Source: Mobula hypostoma (Eukaryota). From it: a DNA stretch of 64,000 bases. Under the pieces are notes generated by a model. The model worked only from the letters and a program-made list of their open reading frames with translations, made no database searches and had not been told where the DNA came from. The stretch is taken from contig NC_086108.1 in the NCBI RefSeq assembly GCF_963921235.1, forward strand, positions 61,568,001 to 61,632,000, in the 5' to 3' direction. This document shows, piece after piece, positions 12,036-24,861 of the stretch (its first letter is position 1; every line of letters begins with the position of its first letter). Both the position numbers and the translations under genes were made by a program.

Positions 12036-15000
12036 GTACCTCTTCCTAGAGATGCTGCCTGATCTGCTGCGTTCACCAGCAACTTTGATGTGTGTTGCTG
12101 GATACAGGGCCAGCTTTGTCCATAATTCCAGAGGCTGACTATAACAGTGTTTTCTAAGATACCATTGGAGAAAACACCAGTGATGCTAAAGACTTACACA
12201 GGAGAATAAGTGTCTCCCAAAGACAAGCTGAAAGTAAATGTGACATATGGAGGCCAAACAGAGCAATTAGAGCTTTATATATTGAAAAGTGGAGGGCCAT
12301 CACTTTTCAGAGGTGAATGGTTGAGAAAAATCCAACTAGACTGGTACTCAATGAAAACTCCCAGTGTGACATCAACAGGCAATGGCAGCCCAAATGGTAG
12401 CAGCAACCAGAGACTGTCACAGCTGCTTAATGCTAATGAGAAGGTGTTTGAGAAGGGGAATGGTAAGCTCAAAGGCATGAAGGAAAGAATTGAATTGGAA
12501 GAAGCAGCAACAGCAAGATTCCATAAAGCAAATATAGTGCCTAACATACCATGTGCTAAAGTGGATGCTGAACTGTAGAACTTGAAGGCATCTGGAATTC
12601 TCTCCAAGGTTGTGTGGAATGTTTGTGCAAATTCCATTGTCCCAGTGATCAAGAAAGGGAAGGCTAGAGCCATTCACATATGTGGGGATTTCAAGGTGAG
12701 CATCAACCCAGTGCTGCATACTGTGCAATATCCTCTGCCATGAATAGAAGACCTTTTTGAATGTTTGGCAGGTGGGTAGAGGTTTTCAAAGATTGACGTC
12801 ACAAGTCTATCTGCAAATGGAGCTTGAGGAGTCAATCAGGCAGGTCTTCACAAACAACACTCACGAGGGGATGTTCCAGTACAATCACCTTGTCTTTGGC
12901 ATCACATCGGTTCCAGCAATTTGGCAAAGAGCAATGGACCAAGTGACCCAAGATATCCCAGGAACACAGTGTTACCTTGATGACATCATCCTGACTGGAA
13001 AGAATGACGAATAGCCTGTCCAGAACCTTGGTTAAGAGCTTACCAGGCTGAGGGAGTACAGTCTGCATGCAGAGAGAGAGAAATGTGAGTTTTTTAAGGA
13101 CGAAATCTAATATTGTGGATACGTCATTGACAAGCATGGCTCACATAAGTCACAAGAGAAGATTGAAGCTGTGCTACAGGCACCCAAACCAGAAAATGTG
13201 TCACAACTCAGGTCATTCTTGGGCCTTGTAAACTACTACCACCGGTTTCTGCCAAACATTGTTACAGTGCTGCATCCATTGAATGCATTGTTACAGACAG
13301 GAGCAAAGTGGGAATGGTCAGAAAGGTGTGAAAAGCATTCAAGGAAACCCATTATGACTCATCCCTGGCCATCAGATTGACATGTGATGCATCCCCTTAT
13401 GGTATTGGAGCAGTTTTGTCACACATTATGAAAGATGGATGATCATTAACAAGAGTAGAAGGCAACAACACACAGAATGACTGAGAAGCCCTTAGTCTAG
13501 TATATGGAATAAAGAAGTTCCACCACTACCAGTACAGACAGAAGTTTACTCTAATGACAGATCACCAGCCTCTAGTGTCCATTTTCAATCCTGGGCAGGG
13601 AATTCCAGTGATGACTGCTACCCGGTTATAATGTTGGGCACTATTCCTAGGCACGCACTCATATGACATAGCGTTCAAGAGTACCAAACAACACAATAGC
13701 ACTAATGGCTTGTCACGTCTTCCACTATTGACAACGGAAAAAGTAAAGTCTTCATACTATGACCCAGTAGAAGTGTTCCACACCACATTGGTGGACCAGT
13801 CGCCAGTAACAAATTCCAAAATACAAAGGGAAACAAGGAATGATCCAACATTGTCAAAAGTCTATGAAATCAACATGCAAGGATGGCCAGCTCACAGTAA
13901 CCCTATGTTTCCAAAGTTCTCAGTGAGACAAGACCAACTGTTGGTATGTCAAAGAATGCTGATATGTCGATCTGATATTGTGGTTCCCAGAGTGATAGAA
14001 AATCTGCATGAAGGATACCTGGGTACTGTCCAGATGCAGAGTCTCTCCAGGAGCTACGTGTGGTGGCTGGGAATAGATAAACAGACCTGGCCAAAAGCTG
14101 TTCAGGGTGCCAAGAGGTTCACAATGCACTCCCACAGGCACCATTACACCCATGGGAGTGCTGTCATCACCATGGTAAAGAGTGCATATTGACTTTGCTG
14201 GGCCATTCATGGACTCCATACTCTGATTGCTGTGAATGCTCATTCGAAGTGGCTGGTGGTTGCACCAGTGAAGTCAACCACCCCAGCAAAGACTCTCTCT
14301 GCTCTGAGGACTATCTTCAACTGAAATGGCTTACTTGAACAGATTGTAAGTGACAACGGACCACAATACATGTCAGAAGAATTCTGACTGTTCACCAAGA
14401 AAAATGACATCAGACATTTCAGATTTCTTCAGACCTTCAAGAAGTCTATTAAAGTGATGGACAAGGAGGATATTCTCTACAGCACAAGGTGAACAACTTC
14501 CTTTTCGTGTATCAGAACTCTGTTCATGCGACGACAGATCAAGCACCGGCAACGCTGTTCATGTGCAGGAATCTAAGATCTTGCATAGACTTCTAGAGGG
14601 AAGTACAGAATAAACAGTCAGCCAGTTGCCAAGGGTAACAGCAAGGAGCTTCAAGACTGGACAGAAAGTCCTAGTGCAGGATTATTGAGAAGACGGGTGG
14701 ACATCGGTAGGATAGCTACAAGAACTGCACGACTGATGTACATGGAGGATTTTGCAGATCAGACATGAAGACATCATGTGGACCAGATACTGGATGCTCA
14801 GCTGAAGAATGCACCTGAGTTGACTGCATCCAACAAGATGGACACATTACAGTCACCGGACTTACCTCTCAGTGATGATCATGTCAATGACAGCAATGTG
14901 ACACTGGAAACTGAAAACGTTGTGCTAGGCAGACACCTACCAAATCTGATGTCATTCCACAGTTCCGGAGGTGCTATCCTCATAGAAACAGCCACCTAAA

Positions 15001-15143
15001 AGACTGAAACTTTAGAACTACAACGTTAGTTATGGACTGTTATTGTGAAAGCATGTTTATTTGGAATTTGGGTTTCTGAAAGGGAAATTGAATGTTTTGT
15101 ACATATATAGTTTTACGTTGCATTAGTCTAAACGGTGAGGAAG

Positions 15144-15325
15144 TGTAATGTATGGATCTATTTCTTTTAGAGCAATGACACCGCCCCCCGCCCCAGACTA
15201 TGTATTGATCTGTTGTCTACACATGCACATTATCCTCTCTCTCGTTGCAATGTGAATACACCAGTTAAAGCCATCTCCTGCATGTGTGCCTTTATTTAAT
15301 AGATATGTAGTTGTGTGCAGATACA
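15144..15325 (+). repeat. Gypsy 3' LTR
   Basis: tgtaatgtatggatcta...cagataca, preceded by a decayed polypurine tract aaacggtgaggaag. Confidence 0.9.
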
Positions 15326-15990
15326 TCTCCAGATTGATGCAGGCAACAAACCTTTAGCTTGCGGAGACCAATGGTATTTTCTGCTTTGATCCAGTTCTAA
15401 TTTGCCTCTTTTTGTATCTGTGGTTAGCTACTGTGGTGGGAGAGAGCATTGGTATGAAGAGTTAGGGAAATTCAGGCTAGCCTTCGTCACCTAGTATCCA
15501 TCCCTCGAGACTGTGCCAATCGTTGAAAATATCTGGCTTTCATCAGGATGAGGAATCAACAGCTGTCTGCCCTTGTGGATGTTAGGACTCTGTAAACTAG
15601 GAGGAGATGTTTCTGCAGCATGCATCCACAAAGATTTGCCTTCCCACAGGCCCTGTACAGTCAATGATCTACAGCCACAGGTGTGTGCCTTCTGTGGACT
15701 ATGTACTCAGACATCAGCCGTTCCATTGTCATCAATGCACAGACACCAGACGTTCCATATAGTCAACAACCACAGATATCAACTGCTCCATGATCAACGA
15801 TCACAGATTGCAAAGCAAGTGGTATCAGAGCTGCAGGCTGAGGGAAACACAATATGCCACTGAAGCAAATTCTGTTAGGTTGTTTGTTTTTTTTAACCTA
15901 TATTCTGAAAGCAATGTATTGTTTCTTCAATTTCATTACATTAATAAAATATTATATATCACTTGAGAATAACAGCTTGCTATTCCAAAC

Positions 15991-16344
15991 AAAGGGTGGC
16001 AGGGTGGAGATACGTCTCTACCAAAGGAGGTGTAAGGCACTCCTTCCCTCTGCTAACTAGCAGGTCACCCTTGGACAAGATGTAGCAGGGTCACGTGAAA
16101 CTCTGAGAGCAGGCTGTAGATGGTCGTATGAGCAGCTGGTCCTGGTTATGTGACCACTGATGCCAGGCAGACAATCTCTAAAGAGTATTGATAGTGGCTG
16201 GGGTCATCTGTCTTGTAAAGATGCCACCCAGAAGGCAATGGCAAACCACTTCTGTAGAAAAGTTTGCCAAGATCAATCATTGTCATAGATAAGACCGTGA
16301 TTGTCTACGTTATAAAGACATGATACATGATGATGGTGATGATG
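15991..16344 (+). mobile_element. SINE-like element with structured head and RTE-type 3' end
   Basis: gaaggcaatggcaaaccact resembles RTE/BovB 3' ends; (gat)n tail; 9-bp TSD attccaaac at 15982-15990 and 16345-16353. Confidence 0.75.
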
Positions 16345-16444
16345 ATTCCAAACTGAGAGAATGCTTAGTGCTAGAAATTATTTTCATGATCGCACACTGA
16401 TTTTAGTCTTTTAAAAAAATGCCAAACCTAATCTACCAGCAGCA

Positions 16445-17059
16445 ACATGAGTGGAGCATCAACACAGAGGCTGTGTACAAGAAGGGCCAGAGTCATCTCT
16501 ACTTCCGGAGGAGACTGAGGTCCTTTGGAGTATGCCGGCCTCTCCTTTATATGGTCTACCAGTCTGTTGTCACCAATACAAACTTCTATGCGGTGGTGTG
16601 CTGGGGCAATGGGATTAACACTCGTGATGCCAACAGGCTCAATAAACTGATTAGAAAGGCTGGCTCTGTTACAGGAGTCAAACTGGACAAACTGGAGGTT
16701 GTAGTAGAACAAAGGACCTTTTGGAAAATCCTGGCAATTCTGGACAATGTTTCTCATCCTCTGCATGCTACCTTGGCTTAACAGAGCAGCACTTTTAGAA
16801 ATAAACTAAGATAACTGCACTGCTCCAAAGAGTGCTATCTGAGATCATTCTTACCCTCGGCCGTTCGGTTCTATAATGAGTCAACCTATAGCTAGGGAAG
16901 TGATGACCACCTCCTGTTAGACTGTTTGAGGTAAATTATTTTATATTCTTTCTTACCTCTCTTCTAATATTTGTATATTGTATATTTGTGCACTTGTAAT
17001 GCCACTGTGACACAGTAATTTCCTTTGAGATCAGTAAATTATCCATCTATCTATCTATC
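16445..17059 (+). mobile_element. Rex1/Babar-type LINE 3' end
   Basis: WSINTEAVYKKGQSHLYF.RRLRSF and FYAVVCWG motifs; (tatc)n tail. Confidence 0.85.
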
Positions 17060-17479
17060 AGCACATTTAGCAAAAACGGTACACCAACAGTCACACGCCA
17101 GCTGAACAAATATTGTACATATTACTGGATACACAACCAAAGAAGACGAACACATAGTGCAACACATTCACTGACACTTTTCCTGTGACCTGTAGTGCAA
17201 GCCGACACATTGTCACCTCACCGCTGTCTTAAATGGGCAATCTTTTATTTTTAAACAGTGACCACTGGTTCTGCTGTAATGTTGTTCAGCTGGAATATTA
17301 ACTGTTTTGCTCTCTATAGAGATTGTCTGGTTGGCTGGGCATTTCCAACAACTCTGACCTGGAATTTACTGTTTTTATACATCCATGTGCTCGTTTTCTC
17401 TTTCTCTAAACTCCTTAATTAACCTATTGACCAGATAGCATCACGTACAGCATATTACCAATAGAAACCTGGGAGGTAT

Positions 17480-17935
17480 GCTAGTAGCATTCATTCTCTC
17501 CATCACTGGTGACTAGATGCTGTAGTGTATGCCATCTAAAAACACACATCAGTTTATTATCCAGAATAAACCAACTGTGCCTCTCAAATTGCAAGCTCTG
17601 CCCTGAAGGATAAGGGCAGCACATGGAATAATATCACTTGTTGTTCTACTACAACCTCCAGTTTGTCCAGTTTGACTCCTGTAACAGAGCCAGCCTTTCT
17701 AATCAGTTTATTAGAAAGTTCCGGTTCCACACTGTCCTGGTCTGGGAATATGTAGCTTGAAGTTTATTATTATTGAGTCTAAATCCTGGAGTTCTCAGCC
17801 CCAGAGAACTGTGAGAGTTCACTAGGAAGGTTCAGTGATTCAAGAAGGCAACTAAATATCCCCATCTTAAAGGCAATTAAGGATGAGCGATAAATGCAGA
17901 TATTGGCAGTAATATTAAGGTCCGGAAAGCAATTT
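17480..17935 (+). mobile_element. Old decayed LINE 3' end
   Basis: aaatcctgg...ttcaagaaggca...aaggcaattaaggatgagcgataaatgc resembles an ancient chondrichthyan LINE tail; interrupted at 17641-17718. Confidence 0.5.
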
Positions 17936-20900
17936 AGGAAAGAAAGGCATGAACTGTTCCATGGTCAATGCCCAAAGTCATCATTTATTCTTTAGCACTG
18001 GGTCAATTACCTGCATTCTCTTCTTTGAAAGGCTAACATGTTGGTTTTCCAATTCTATGATCCATTTATATTTTTCAGGCTGATGCCAATTTGCAATTGC
18101 AAGTTTTAACTGAAAATATGGGGTAGTGAATACCAATAAATTGAGCAGATGAGAGTAGCTTGGTGATGAAGGGAGGAGGTGGGATTAGTAAGAGGTTCAT
18201 GTTTACTTGCCTGCTGTTGATAAACTGGGAAAGGATGAGATAAGGCGAAAATGGAATGTGAGAAGAATGACTCTGGATAATCTCCAGTGGTCTGAGCCCA
18301 TCACCTCCTGTTGTGTAGCTGCTAACTAGGCTGAGACAGCATGATTGCTAAAGTGCACAAGATAATGCAGGTCATAGGGATCCTCTCAGTTGTATACTGT
18401 AAGACCCCTCTGGAGCAGTACAGGCTTTGGAAATGCTATTTGAGGATACCAATGACTCGTGTTCTAAGTATGTTTTATTTTTACATGTGAGAGTTCGAAA
18501 CTGTTTTGCAAGTGTACCAATAGCTCTTGTCTCCTGTCACCCACTCCTTGCTTATTATACAGTATAGTCACTGTAAGATGGAGGGCTCAGTGGAGTCCGG
18601 TACAATATAAGCATGGACACATGCTGCTTTGATTAATTGCAGATTCTACTCCCAAAGTCCGAGGTGAAAGGTAGCACTGTATACTTGAGTGAAGTTGGAA
18701 AACACTCAGCAATATATTACCCAGGCAGACCACAAATATGAAGATACATTCAATGACGTCCTTCTATTCTTGCACTGCTACAGGGAAAGTTGCCCCATCT
18801 AGTTAAACTTTAGATTGCTTTCACTCTTCTGAATATGATTCTGCAAATAAATATTTTAAAGAATTTTACCTCATTCTTTCTTGTCCTTTCCATGTGATTT
18901 GTTAACTGCCTGTTTATTTTACTCTTTCTTTCTTTCTTTCTTTGTTTATTACTATATTTTTCCAAACCTCAGACAAGGAACTCCTTTGTCTTCTTCAATC
19001 CTCTCTCCTTCTTATGATTCATTACTTTGAGAACAATGTTTCATAACCAATTTACTTTTTGATCTGCTATGTTCTTCCACACATTCTCATTGTTTCTCCA
19101 TTGGCTCTGTCCTGTGTAATGTGGCTTTACCATTCATATAAGTTTCTTGTTCTAAAAACAAACTCCCTATGGGTTTCCTAACTGTTCAAGCAGCTAAATA
19201 GTTATGCAGCTAATATTATCCAGGGACACTCAGTAGCATTCAGTAGCTAATGATTTGTAACAAGAGATTAAAATGTTATTTCACCACTGAGGAACTATGT
19301 GACTACGAAGCCTATTCATTACAACTGCCTGCTATTAAAATTCCATTCAAAGATCATAATATATCTGGCTGTAGATCATTCTTAGGTTGTTAAAACAATA
19401 TAATTGTAGTATGAGTCTATTATGAAGTTTCTATACATAAGGCAACAAATTTTTTAAAAGTTTGCTGACATGTCTCCTTGGCAAATGCACTATCCGCAAA
19501 TGGTTCTGATCAGAAAACTCTCATTTGCCAATCCTCAGGTTATTTCCAAGTTAGTTATTCATGGAAGAAACAATAATTTGCTTCAGTACCATTAAGAAAG
19601 TGGAGAGAAAAGTTCTAGGCGTGATTTCTGGCCATCGTTGCTACACTTCATCACTCTTCTTTGCAGGTACAGTGCTTGTGATCATTGCCTGTGGTTGACT
19701 ACTTGCTTCCATTATTTCAGTGAGCTCCCCAGTCAATCCGTAGTGTTTACAATACCTGCCCTGAGGTGATCTTCCTTGGTTTGGATGGCAGCTGAAATAT
19801 CATCCACTTGACTATGATGTGGGCTGTAAATTGTGAAGCAGATGTATAAAACAGCGTGAGCACAAACAATTACACTGTAAATTTATGCTAACATTTTGTA
19901 CTCTCTTTTATCTGAAAACATTGAATAAGATTTCCTTTTGATGTGCTAAACCACAGTGTTAGCTGCAGCAAAATCAAGGTCACCTGAATATTACACTGAA
20001 TTTGGCACTTTGACCATTCTCCTGGTATCTCTCTAGTTTATCATTTTTCTCTGATAGCTTCCAGCACACTTCTTGATGGAAATAAAATCTTGATGGAGAA
20101 ATGCTGTCCACGAACCAATAAGTATAGCTTTCTTAAAATCAGGTAGGTTCTCAAACAGTGACAGATTGAAATAAATCCATACTATCCTTGAATGTAAATT
20201 GAATCATTTGGCTCTGACATCTGGGACTAAGTAACATTGACTGGGAAATTTGATCAAGTACACTCTTTATTCTTCTGCGAAACAACTGAGGACACAGTTT
20301 AATTAGAGTGAAATGTGATAATGACCATTTCCAGATTTGCTTGACTTCACAAATTTGACCATTTTGTAACTGCAGCCAAATCCTTTCACCCAAACCCTTA
20401 GACACTGCTAGAGGACTCTAATGCCTCTGATGCCAAAATAAGTATGCCAAAACATCTTTGATTTTCTTCCCCATACAAAGATAATCCCTGTTACATTAAC
20501 TATTTGCGAGCACAAATAAGTAAAAAAAAAATAGTGGAAGTTGGACAGTGGGAATGAAAAAACAGGAAAGGCTAAAAGCAGTTGGAGGAATATCTGAAAT
20601 AAAAAGAAAAAATTGAAAATTCCAGAAATCAAAATAAACATTGGAAATATTGAGAAATGATAGCAAATCAATTGATCTTCTTAAAGAGATTGGGTGGAAA
20701 TATTGCCATGTGCCCATTAGAGATGAATATATTAATAAAAATGTTCTAGAATTCACAAAGGATCTCTGAAGAATTTTTTCACTGAGATTAAGTCTATGAT
20801 GGAGTAGGTTGTGTAAAATCTGTAACACATGCACCTGAAGGCCTAAATTACCACATCTTTGTACATGTTTTTTATATTCTTATTTTCAAGATGCAAAAAG

Positions 20901-21136
20901 AACAAGATGACTTTTTCCTTTAGTCAGTGGTTTATTAGGTCAACAAAGAAGGAACAATGTCTGTCAGGCTGACAAATCAGGCCAAAGGAAGGCAAAAATT
21001 AACTTTTGCAAATATTACTTGTTTGCTTGCTATTACATTGGACAATTTGGTTTGAGAATTTTATCATTTAATCGACTTCACATTTAACCCACTATTATCA
21101 AGTTTCTTATTTTTATTCCCAATAGAAAATATACCA

Positions 21137-21600
21137 TCATAGAAAGCATACTGTTGTAGAATGCATACATGCTTGGTTTGACAATTGCTCTGTATGTGAC
21201 CACAAGAAACTGCAGAGGGCTGTGACACAGCTCAGCACATCACAGGAACCAGCATCTGCTCTATGGACTCTGTCTATACTTCTTGTTGCCTCAGTAATGA
21301 AGCCAGCACAATCAGAGACCCCAACCACCCCAGACATTTCTCCCCTCTTCCATCAGGCAGAAGATACAAAAACCTGAAAGCCTGTACCACCAGGGTCAAA
21401 GACAGCTTTTATTGCAGTATTGAATGGACCTCTTGTACGATAAGGTAGACTTTTGACTTCAAATGATCCTGCACTTTATCATTTATGTGCACTGCAGTCT
21501 TTCAGTAGCTTTTACACTTCGTACTGCATTGTTATTGTTTTACCATATTCTACTTGAATGCACTGTGTATTGAATTGGTTTGCATAAACAGTATGCAAGA
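21137..21600 (+). mobile_element. Rex1/L2-like LINE 3' end, tail resuming after the CR1 at about 23458-23520
   Basis: FSPLPSGRRY motif in ORF 21263-21448; tail continues cattgtatcttggtgcatgtgacagtaataa. Confidence 0.75.
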
Positions 21601-21612
21601 AGTATTGCAAGT

Positions 21613-23457
21613 AGCAATAGGATAGTGAGGGATAAGATTGGTCCTTTAGAAGCAAAAGCATAGTGAGGGATAAAACTGGTCCCTTAGAGAATCAGAGTGG
21701 ACAGCTATTTGTGGAGCCAAAAGAGATGGAGGAGATTCTGAACAATTTCTTTCCTTCGGTATTCACTAAGGTGAAGGATATTGAATTATGTAAGGTAAAG
21801 GAAACAAGAAGGGTAGTTATGGAAGCTATGATGATTAAAGAAGAGGAAGTACTGGTGCTTTTAAGGAATATAAAAGTGGATAAGTCTCCAAGTCCTGACA
21901 GGATATTCTCTAGGACCTTGAGGGAAGTTAGTGTGGAAATAGCAGGGGCTCTGACAGAAATATTTCAAATATCATTCGAAACGGGGATGGTGCCGGAGGA
22001 TTGGTGTATTGCTCATGTTTTTCCATTGTTTAAAAAGGGTTCTAAGAGTAAACCTAGCAATTATCGGCCTGTGAGTTTGACGTCAGTGGTGGGTAAGTTG
22101 ATGGAAAGTATTCTTAGAGATGGTATATATAATTATCTGGATAGACAGGGTCTGATTAGGAACAGTCAACCTGGATTTGTGTGTAGGAGGTCATGTTTGA
22201 CAAATCTTATTGAATTTTTTGAAGAGGTTACTAGGAAAGTTGACAAGGGCAAAGCGGTGGATGTTATCTATATGGACTTCAGTTAGGCCTTTGACAAGGT
22301 TCCACACAGAAGGTGAGTTAGGAAGGCTCAATCATTTGGTATTGATATTGAAGTAGTAAAATGGATTCAACATTGGCTGGATGGGAGACGCCAGAGAGTA
22401 GTGGTGGATAATTGTTTGCCAGATTGGAGGCGGGTGACTAGTGGTGTGCCTCAGGGATCTGTACTGCGTCCAGTGTTGTTTGTCATATACACTAATGATT
22501 TGGATGACAGGGTGGTAGATTGGATGAGTAAGCATGCAGATAATACTAAGATAGGTGGAGTTGTGGATAATGAAGTAGGTTTTCAAAACTTGCAGAGAGA
22601 TTTAGACCAGTTAGAAGAGTGGGCTGAAAGTTGGCAGATGGAGTTTAATGCTGATAAATGTGAGGTGCTACATTTTGGTAGGACTAATCAAAATAGGACA
22701 TACATGGTAAATGGTAGGGCATTGAAGAATGCAGTAGAACAGAGGGATCTAGGAATAATGGTTCATGGTTCCCTGAAGGTGGAATCTCTTGTGGATAGGG
22801 TGGTGAAGAAAGCTTTTGGTATGCTGGCCTTTATAAATCAGAGCTTTGAGTATAGGAGATGGGATGTAATGTTGAAATTGTACAAGGCATTGGTGAGGCC
22901 AGATTTGGAGTATTGTGTACAGTTTTGGTCACCGAATTATAGGAAAGATGTCAACAAAATAGAGAGAGTACAGAGAAGGTTTACAAGAATGTTACCTGGA
23001 TTTCATCACCTAAGTTTCAGAGAAAGGTTGAACAAGTTGGGTCTTTATTCTTTGGAACGTAGAAGGTTGAGGGGGGACTTGATAGAAGTATTTAAAATTA
23101 TAAGGGGGATAGATAGAGTTAACGTGGATAGGCTTTTTCCATTGAGAGTGGGGGAGATTCAAACAAGAGGACATGAGTCGAGAGTTAAAGGGCAAAAGTT
23201 TAGGGGTAACAGGAAGGAGAACTTCTTTACTCAGAAAGTGGTAGCTGTGTGGAACGAGCTTCCTGTAGAAGTGGTTGAGGAAGGTTCGATGTTGTCATTT
23301 AAAGTTAAGTTGGACAGCTATATGGACAGGAAAGGAATGGAGGGTTAAGGGCTGAGTGCAGGTCAGTGGGACTAGGTGAGAGTAAGAGTTTGGTACGGAC
23401 TAGAAGGGCCGAGATGGTCTGTTTCCGTGCTGTAATTGTTATATGGTTATATGGTTA
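21613..23457 (+). mobile_element. Relatively young 5'-truncated CR1 LINE (RT domain)
   Basis: ORFs 21663-22286 and 22401-23348 with NYRPVSLTS, YMDFS, SGVPQGSVL, EYCVQFWSP; stop at 22284-22286, FADD altered to HADN; (ttatatgg)n tail. Confidence 0.95.
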
Positions 23458-23697
23458 AGTGCTTTACATTGTATCTTGGTGCATGTGACAGTAATAACCC
23501 AATACCAGTACCAATACTAATGCCAATTGCAATATGCCTACTTTGTAACTGCAACACTACATTCTGCATTCTGCTTCTTTTTTTTCTACCTCGATGTACT
23601 TCTATATGGCACAATCTGTCTGGATTGCACGCAGACAAAAGCTTTTCACTGTATCTCTGTACAGTGACAATAATAAATCAATAACAATATCAATTTA

Positions 23698-24767
23698 CAT
23701 TAAAGTTGCTGGTGAACGCAGCAGGCCAGGCAGCATCTCTAGGAAGAGTACAGTCGACGCTTCGAGCCGAGACCCTTTGTCAGGACTAACTGAAGGAAGA
23801 GTTAGTAAGAGATTTGAAAGTGGGAGGGGGAGGGGGAGATCCAAAATGATAGGAGAAGACAGGAGGGGGAGGGATGGAGCCAAGAGCTGGACAGGTGATT
23901 GGCAAAAGGAATGCGAGAGAATCATGGGACAGGAGGCCCAGGGAGAAGGAAAAGGAGGGGGGGAACCCCGAGGATGGGCAAGGGGTATAGTCAGAGGGAC
24001 AGAGGGAGAAAAAAGAGAGAGAGAGAAAGAATGTATGTATATAAATAAATAATAGATGGGGTACGAGGGGGAGGTGGGGCATTAGTAGAAGTTAGAGAAG
24101 TCAATGTTCATGCCTTCAGGTTGGCGGCTACCCAGACGGAATATAAGGTGTTGTTCCTCCAACCTGAGTGTGCCTTCATCTTTACAGTAGAGGAGGCCGT
24201 GGATAGATATATCAGAATGGGAATGGGATGTGGAATTAAAATGTGTGGCCACTGGGAGATCCTGCTTTCTCTGGCGGACAGAGCGTAGGTGTTCAGCAAA
24301 ACGATCTCCCAGTCTGTGTCAGGTCTCGCCAGTATATAGAAGGCCACATTGGGAGCACCGGACGTAGTATATCACCCCAGCCGACATTCTTTCTCTCTCT
24401 CTCTCCTTTTTCTCCCTCTGTCCCTCTCACTATACCCCTTGCCCATCCTTTGGGTTTTCTCCCCCCCCCCCTTTCCTTCTCCCTGGGCCTCCTGTCCCAT
24501 GATCCTCTCGTATCCCTTTTGCCAATCACCTGTCCAGCTCTTGGCTCCATCCCTCCCCCTCCTGTCTTCTCCTATCATTTTGGATCTCCCCCTCCCCCTC
24601 CCACTTTCAAATCTCTTCCTAACTCTTCCTTCAGTTAGTCCTGACAAAGGGTCTCGGCTCGAAGCGTCGACTGTACTCTTCCTAGAGATGCTGCCTGGCC
24701 TGCTGCGTTCACCAGCAACTTTGATGTGTGTTGCTTGAATTTCCAGCATCTGCAGAATTCCTCGTGT
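23698..24767. mobile_element. Penelope-like insertion with inverted pLTRs
   Basis: Minus-strand GIY-YIG end plus pLTR (23698-24384) joined to a plus-strand pLTR (24385-24767); 13-bp TSD caatatcaattta at 23685-23697 and 24768-24780. Confidence 0.92.
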
Positions 24768-24861
24768 CAATATCAATTTATTTGTTTTCACTAGATTAGC
24801 AGTCTGGAGGAAAATAGCAACATAGGGGTGATAAGGTATGTCCCAAAATCATCCCTTCAAC

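Larger units (their letters stand above)
11477..15325 (+). mobile_element. Decayed Ty3/Gypsy LTR retrotransposon (Mag-like)
   Basis: Two TG...CA LTRs; PBS-like tggcgataag at 11664; gag start (GEVDEFD..EGWESFIERV), protease LDTG, RT CYLDD, RNaseH CDASPYG, integrase IDFAGP and SDNGPQ in Gypsy order; flanks tatcc / tctcc (5 bp, one mismatch); many stops and frameshifts. Confidence 0.93.

Noticed and set aside
15994..16100. HDV-like or twister ribozyme at the SINE 5' end
   Set aside because: Could not place the P3/L3/P1.1 pseudoknot or twister consensus; kept only as an unexplained structure
23594..24791. Overlapping 76-152 aa ORFs on both strands, also at 41.1 kb and 58.9-59.7 kb
   Set aside because: Shadow frames over the purine/pyrimidine-skewed pLTR, repeated in every copy
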